Shown: piece by piece, positions 60,867-64,000 of the stretch
How positions within the stretch are numbered: the first letter of the stretch is position 1
Layout of the letters: each line of letters starts with the position of its first letter
Source: Candidatus Eiseniibacteriota bacterium
GTDB lineage: Bacteria > Eisenbacteria > RBG-16-71-46 > SZUA-252
NCBI GenBank assembly: GCA_036274595.1
Contig: DASUFL010000147.1
Coordinates: 26,532-90,531 of the forward strand
Reading direction: 5' to 3'
Length of the DNA stretch: 64,000 bases
Notes under the pieces: generated by a model
The model's database searches: none
Told to the model about the DNA's origin: nothing
Seen by the model: the letters and a program-made list of their open reading frames with translations, nothing else
Program-made: the position numbers and the translations under genes

Positions 60867-61391
60867 ATGCAGCGAACGCCAAGGATTGCGACGCTGGCCC
60901 TCGCCGCGCTCCTTTTGGGGATGCTGGCGGGCCTCGGATGTTCCTCGCGCAAGCAGGTGACCACCGCTGACACCACACCTCCTCCGCCGCCACCGACGGA
61001 GACCACCACGCCGCCGCCGCCCTCGGAGCCTCCCTCGGAGACCACGGCGGAGCCCACGGCGGCCGGGCTCGACGACGCGTTCTTCGATTTCGACGCGGCT
61101 GAGATCCGGAGCGACGCCAAGGATGCCCTGACCAACAACGGCCGATATCTCCAGGCGCATGGCGGCACGAACGTGGTCATCGAAGGGCACTGCGACGAGC
61201 GCGGCTCGGTGGAGTACAACCTCGCCCTCGGCGAGCGCCGCGCGCGGGCCGCGAAAGACTTCCTGGTGAGCTACGGCGTGCCCGCCTCACGGCTCACGAC
61301 GATCTCCTACGGCAAGGAGCGCCCCTTCGATGCCGGGCACGACGAGAGCGCCTGGTCCAAGAACCGCAGGGCGCACTTCGTCTCGAAATGA
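60867..61391 (+). CDS. pal: Peptidoglycan-associated lipoprotein Pal (OmpA-family)
   Basis: The ATG at 60867 is preceded by AAGGAGGA. Lipobox LAGLGCSS, a Pro/Thr-rich linker, and an OmpA-like domain ([36 protein letters not shown]). The upstream 48 nt of the ORF in the track is rejected. Confidence 0.85.
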   Translation: MQRTPRIATLALAALLLGMLAGLGCSSRKQVTTADTTPPPPPPTETTTPPPPSEPPSETTAEPTAAGLDDAFFDFDAAEIRSDAKDALTNNGRYLQAHGGTNVVIEGHCDERGSVEYNLALGERRARAAKDFLVSYGVPASRLTTISYGKERPFDAGHDESAWSKNRRAHFVSK

Positions 61392-62134
61392 CGGTTCGCA
61401 ACGCATTCCTGACGCTCACGCTCGGCTCGGCCCTCGCGTTGGCCGGGTCGAGCTGCGCGCCGGGCGGCTACTACAACACCAGTCAGTCGGCGCTCGACAG
61501 CCTGCTCACGAGCCAGGCCGCGCTCGCGAAGCGGATCGACGCGATGGAGAAGAAGCTGGACATCACACGGGAGGGCGTCGCCTCCAGCCGGGCGACCACG
61601 GACACGCATTTAGTCGAGATCAGCCAGAGGCTCGACGTGCTGGACGGGAAGCTCGAGGCCTCGAGCGCGCGCGTCTCGCAGCTCAGCCTGAAGGTCGACA
61701 CGGTGAAGCAGAAGATCACCACGTCGGACTCGACGCGTGCATCGTCGCCGGCCGGCTCGGCGGATCCCGAGACGATGTACCAGGCCGCCTACTCGGACAT
61801 CGCGGCGGGGCGCTACGCCCTCGGGCGGGAAGCGTTCCAGACGTATCTCAAGAGCTATTCCGACACCGAAATTGCCGACAACGCCCAGTACTGGATCGGC
61901 GAGTCGTACTACGGGCAGGGGGACTTCGCGAACGCGATCGTCGAGTTCCAGAAGGTGATCGACAACTATCCCAAGGGAGACAAGGTCCCGGCCGCGATGT
62001 TCAAGATCGGGCTCTCCCAGTCGCGGCTCAAGCAGACCGCGGAATCGCAGAAGACCTACAGGGCGCTCATCCAGAAGTATCCGAAGAGTCCCGAAGCCGC
62101 TCTCGCGAAGGAGCGACTGGGCCAGAAGTCGTAA
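61388..62134 (+). CDS. cpoB: Tol-Pal system protein CpoB/YbgF (coiled-coil plus TPR)
   Basis: The ATG overlaps the pal stop (ATGA). Signal peptide/lipobox, an N-terminal coiled coil, and C-terminal TPR repeats ([43 protein letters not shown]). Confidence 0.75.
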   Translation: MTVRNAFLTLTLGSALALAGSSCAPGGYYNTSQSALDSLLTSQAALAKRIDAMEKKLDITREGVASSRATTDTHLVEISQRLDVLDGKLEASSARVSQLSLKVDTVKQKITTSDSTRASSPAGSADPETMYQAAYSDIAAGRYALGREAFQTYLKSYSDTEIADNAQYWIGESYYGQGDFANAIVEFQKVIDNYPKGDKVPAAMFKIGLSQSRLKQTAESQKTYRALIQKYPKSPEAALAKERLGQKS

Positions 62135-62152
62135 CACGCGGCGGGCGCCGCG

Positions 62153-62896
62153 CTACGCCGGGCGCCGCGCGGTCATCACGAGGATGTGCCCGTACGGGCT
62201 CTCCTTCGCATGCCGCTCGATCGTGTCGAGGCCCAGGCGCCTCGTGATCGAGCGCCCGTAGGGCAGGAACCACCATCCCACGATCGGATTGTGCGCGCGG
62301 AACTCCGCCCCCGGGATGCCGGCCGCGGACGCGAGCGCGCGGAAGCGCGCCTCCGTGAGGTCGTCCTCGAAGCCGAAGATCCACTTCCCCCGCCACTCCG
62401 CGATCTTCTTCCCGGCCATGAAGGGATAGTCGCGCGCGTTCGGCACGGTCACGAGAAGGAGTCCGCCCGGCTTCGTGACGCGCCACATCTCCCTGAGAAG
62501 CTCCGCCTTCCCCTCGTCCGTGAAGTGCTCGATGACCCCGCCGTTCCAGGTCACGTCGAACGCGCCGTCCCGGATTCCCATCCGGAGGCCGTTCATCTGC
62601 GCGTAGTCGGCCGCGAGCCCGAGCCTATGGAAGTGGTCGTGCGCGAATCGCAGCGCCCCCGCGGTCAGATCCACGAGCGTGATGCGCGCGCCGAGCGAGG
62701 CGAAGAACGCGCTCGTCGTCCCCGACCCGCATCCGACCTCGCAGATCTCGAGCCCCTTGGGGTCGCCGATCGCCTGGAGCAGATGGCCGTGATAGGCGAT
62801 GCGGTCTGGCGCCTCGGGATCGATGGAGGCGTAGGTGGCGGCGACCTGGTTCCAGACGCTCGCGATGTTCTCGGGCTGGTGGGTGGGCGCGGACAT
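62153..62896 (-). CDS. Class I SAM-dependent methyltransferase
   Basis: The ATG at 62896 gives ...[28 protein letters not shown] (motif I) and GLLLVTVPN. The 5' extension of the 593 aa ORF in the track (to 63934) is antisense to clpB and is rejected. Confidence 0.65.
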   Translation of the reverse strand: MSAPTHQPENIASVWNQVAATYASIDPEAPDRIAYHGHLLQAIGDPKGLEICEVGCGSGTTSAFFASLGARITLVDLTAGALRFAHDHFHRLGLAADYAQMNGLRMGIRDGAFDVTWNGGVIEHFTDEGKAELLREMWRVTKPGGLLLVTVPNARDYPFMAGKKIAEWRGKWIFGFEDDLTEARFRALASAAGIPGAEFRAHNPIVGWWFLPYGRSITRRLGLDTIERHAKESPYGHILVMTARRPA

Positions 62897-63004
62897 GCGG
62901 TGGCGGAGTCTGACATCCCGCCGCTTGGTCTTCAAGTCTCGCCGGGGCGTATACTCGTTCACGGAGCGTCCAGCGGAAGAGCGAGAGGGAGGAGCGAGAA
63001 CGCC

Positions 63005-64000
63005 GTGCGATTCGACAAGTTCACGACCAAGAGCCAGGAAGCACTCGCCGAGGCGCAGCGCCTCGCGGAGCGGGCCGGCCACCCCGAAGTGGGCACGGAG
63101 CACGTGCTCCAGGCGCTCCTCGACCAGAAGGGGGGCGCGGTCGTGCCGGTGCTCGAGGCCGCGCGGGTTCCGGTCGACCGGATCCGGCGCGCGCTCGAGC
63201 AGCGCTTTCAATCGCTCCCCAAGGTGTCCGGCGGACGCCAGACCGTCCTCTCGCCGAGCGTCGCGTCGATGCTCGAGCACGCCGAAGTCGAGGCCGAGCG
63301 GCTCCGCGACGAGTACGTGAGCACCGAGCACTTCCTGCTCGGCGCGCTCGATCCCGCCGTCACGTCCGAGATGGGGCGCCTCCTGCGCGATGCAGGGGCG
63401 ACCCGTGAGAACGTCTACCACGCGCTCCTGAGCGTGCGCGGAGGAGAGCAGGTGTCGACCCCCGATCCCGAGGAGACCTATCAGGCCCTCACCAAGTACG
63501 CGCGGGACCTGACCGAGGCGGCGCGCAAGGGCTCGCTCGATCCGGTCATCGGCCGCGACGACGAGATCCGCCGCGTGATCCAGGTGCTGTCGCGGCGCAC
63601 CAAGAACAACCCGGTGCTGATCGGCGAGCCGGGCGTGGGGAAGACGGCGATCGCCGAGGGGCTCGCGCAGCGCATCGTGAGCGGGGACGTGCCGGAGGGG
63701 CTGAAGTCGCGCCGCGTGCTCGCGCTCGACCTGGGCGCGCTCCTGGCCGGCGCCCAGTATCGCGGGCAGTTCGAGGAGCGGCTCAAGTCGGTGCTCAAGG
63801 AAGTGCAGCGCTCCCTTGGCCAGGTCATCCTCTTCATCGACGAGCTCCACACGCTCGTGGGCGCGGGAGCGGCCGAGGGCGCGCTCGACGCGTCGAATCT
63901 CCTGAAGCCCGCGCTCGCGCGGGGCGAGCTCCACTGCATCGGCGCGACCACGCTCGACGAGTACCGGAAGCGCATCGAGAAGGACGCCGCGCTCGAGCGG
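63005..64000 (+). CDS. clpB: Chaperone ClpB, 3'-partial (continues beyond the window)
   Basis: GTG at 63005 after [24 protein letters not shown]... (Clp_N repeats), the Walker A motif [21 protein letters not shown], and the Walker B-region [14 protein letters not shown]. The frame is open to position 64000. Confidence 0.9.
   Translation, partial: MRFDKFTTKSQEALAEAQRLAERAGHPEVGTEHVLQALLDQKGGAVVPVLEAARVPVDRIRRALEQRFQSLPKVSGGRQTVLSPSVASMLEHAEVEAERLRDEYVSTEHFLLGALDPAVTSEMGRLLRDAGATRENVYHALLSVRGGEQVSTPDPEETYQALTKYARDLTEAARKGSLDPVIGRDDEIRRVIQVLSRRTKNNPVLIGEPGVGKTAIAEGLAQRIVSGDVPEGLKSRRVLALDLGALLAGAQYRGQFEERLKSVLKEVQRSLGQVILFIDELHTLVGAGAAEGALDASNLLKPALARGELHCIGATTLDEYRKRIEKDAALER

Noticed and set aside
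62153-63934. 593 aa minus-strand ORF
   Set aside because: Only the 3' 247 codons (from the ATG at 62896) form a methyltransferase. The rest is antisense to clpB.

Overview
This is a 64 kb, ~70% GC bacterial chromosomal fragment with dense coding on both strands. Many long reverse-strand ORFs in the six-frame track are GC-driven artefacts and are not called. The most likely candidate for an undescribed system is a translationally coupled operon of four membrane proteins of no recognisable family at 23135-26619. It lies between a sigma-54 regulator/methyltransferase pair and a three-gene phosphorelay.

Contents from start to end:
- The 3' end of an arylsulfotransferase-like beta-propeller protein that carries a T9SS/Por-type C-terminal sorting domain.
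- A glycan biosynthesis island of about 19 kb (1592-20285). It contains two O-antigen-ligase-like proteins, about nine glycosyltransferases (GT2, GT4, GT9), a Wzx-type flippase, both a WbaP-type and a WecA/MraY-type initiating phosphoglycosyltransferase, the fucose synthesis gene fcl, and four SAM-dependent methyltransferases. One methyltransferase is low-GC and looks horizontally acquired.
- A sigma-54 activator with a GAF domain, followed by a methyltransferase.
- The four-gene membrane operon of unknown function.
- A convergent phosphorelay operon: hybrid histidine kinase, then a receiver, then a receiver fused to a DHp domain with no ATPase domain.
- A lipoprotein plus outer-membrane beta-barrel pair.
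- A divergent GH15 hydrolase and cellulose-synthase-like GT2, with a GT-C-type membrane protein.
- A sensor-less sigma-54 activator, then a sigma-54 promoter (TGGCAC-N5-GTGCT) in front of hsp20-dnaK, then msrA.
- A Ser/Thr kinase with TPR repeats, and a third sigma-54 activator.
- An ECF sigma / zinc-finger anti-sigma pair, translationally coupled to a GT9 glycosyltransferase and a periplasmic HEAT-repeat/cyclophilin fusion protein.
- A nucleoside-salvage operon (hpt-udk-permease-PNP), two hypothetical genes, and hom-thrC-thrB-lysC.
- A Tol-Pal cluster (TolA analogue with a TonB C-terminal domain, tolB, pal, cpoB), a methyltransferase, and the 5' part of clpB.

Two genes (a GT4 and lysC) encode their conserved N-termini upstream of any ATG/GTG/TTG, which points to CTG initiation. 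No rRNA, tRNA, CRISPR array or mobile element was recognised. Lineage is tentative: the GC content, the T9SS sorting domain and the abundance of sigma-54 activators suggest Gemmatimonadota or a related FCB-group organism.
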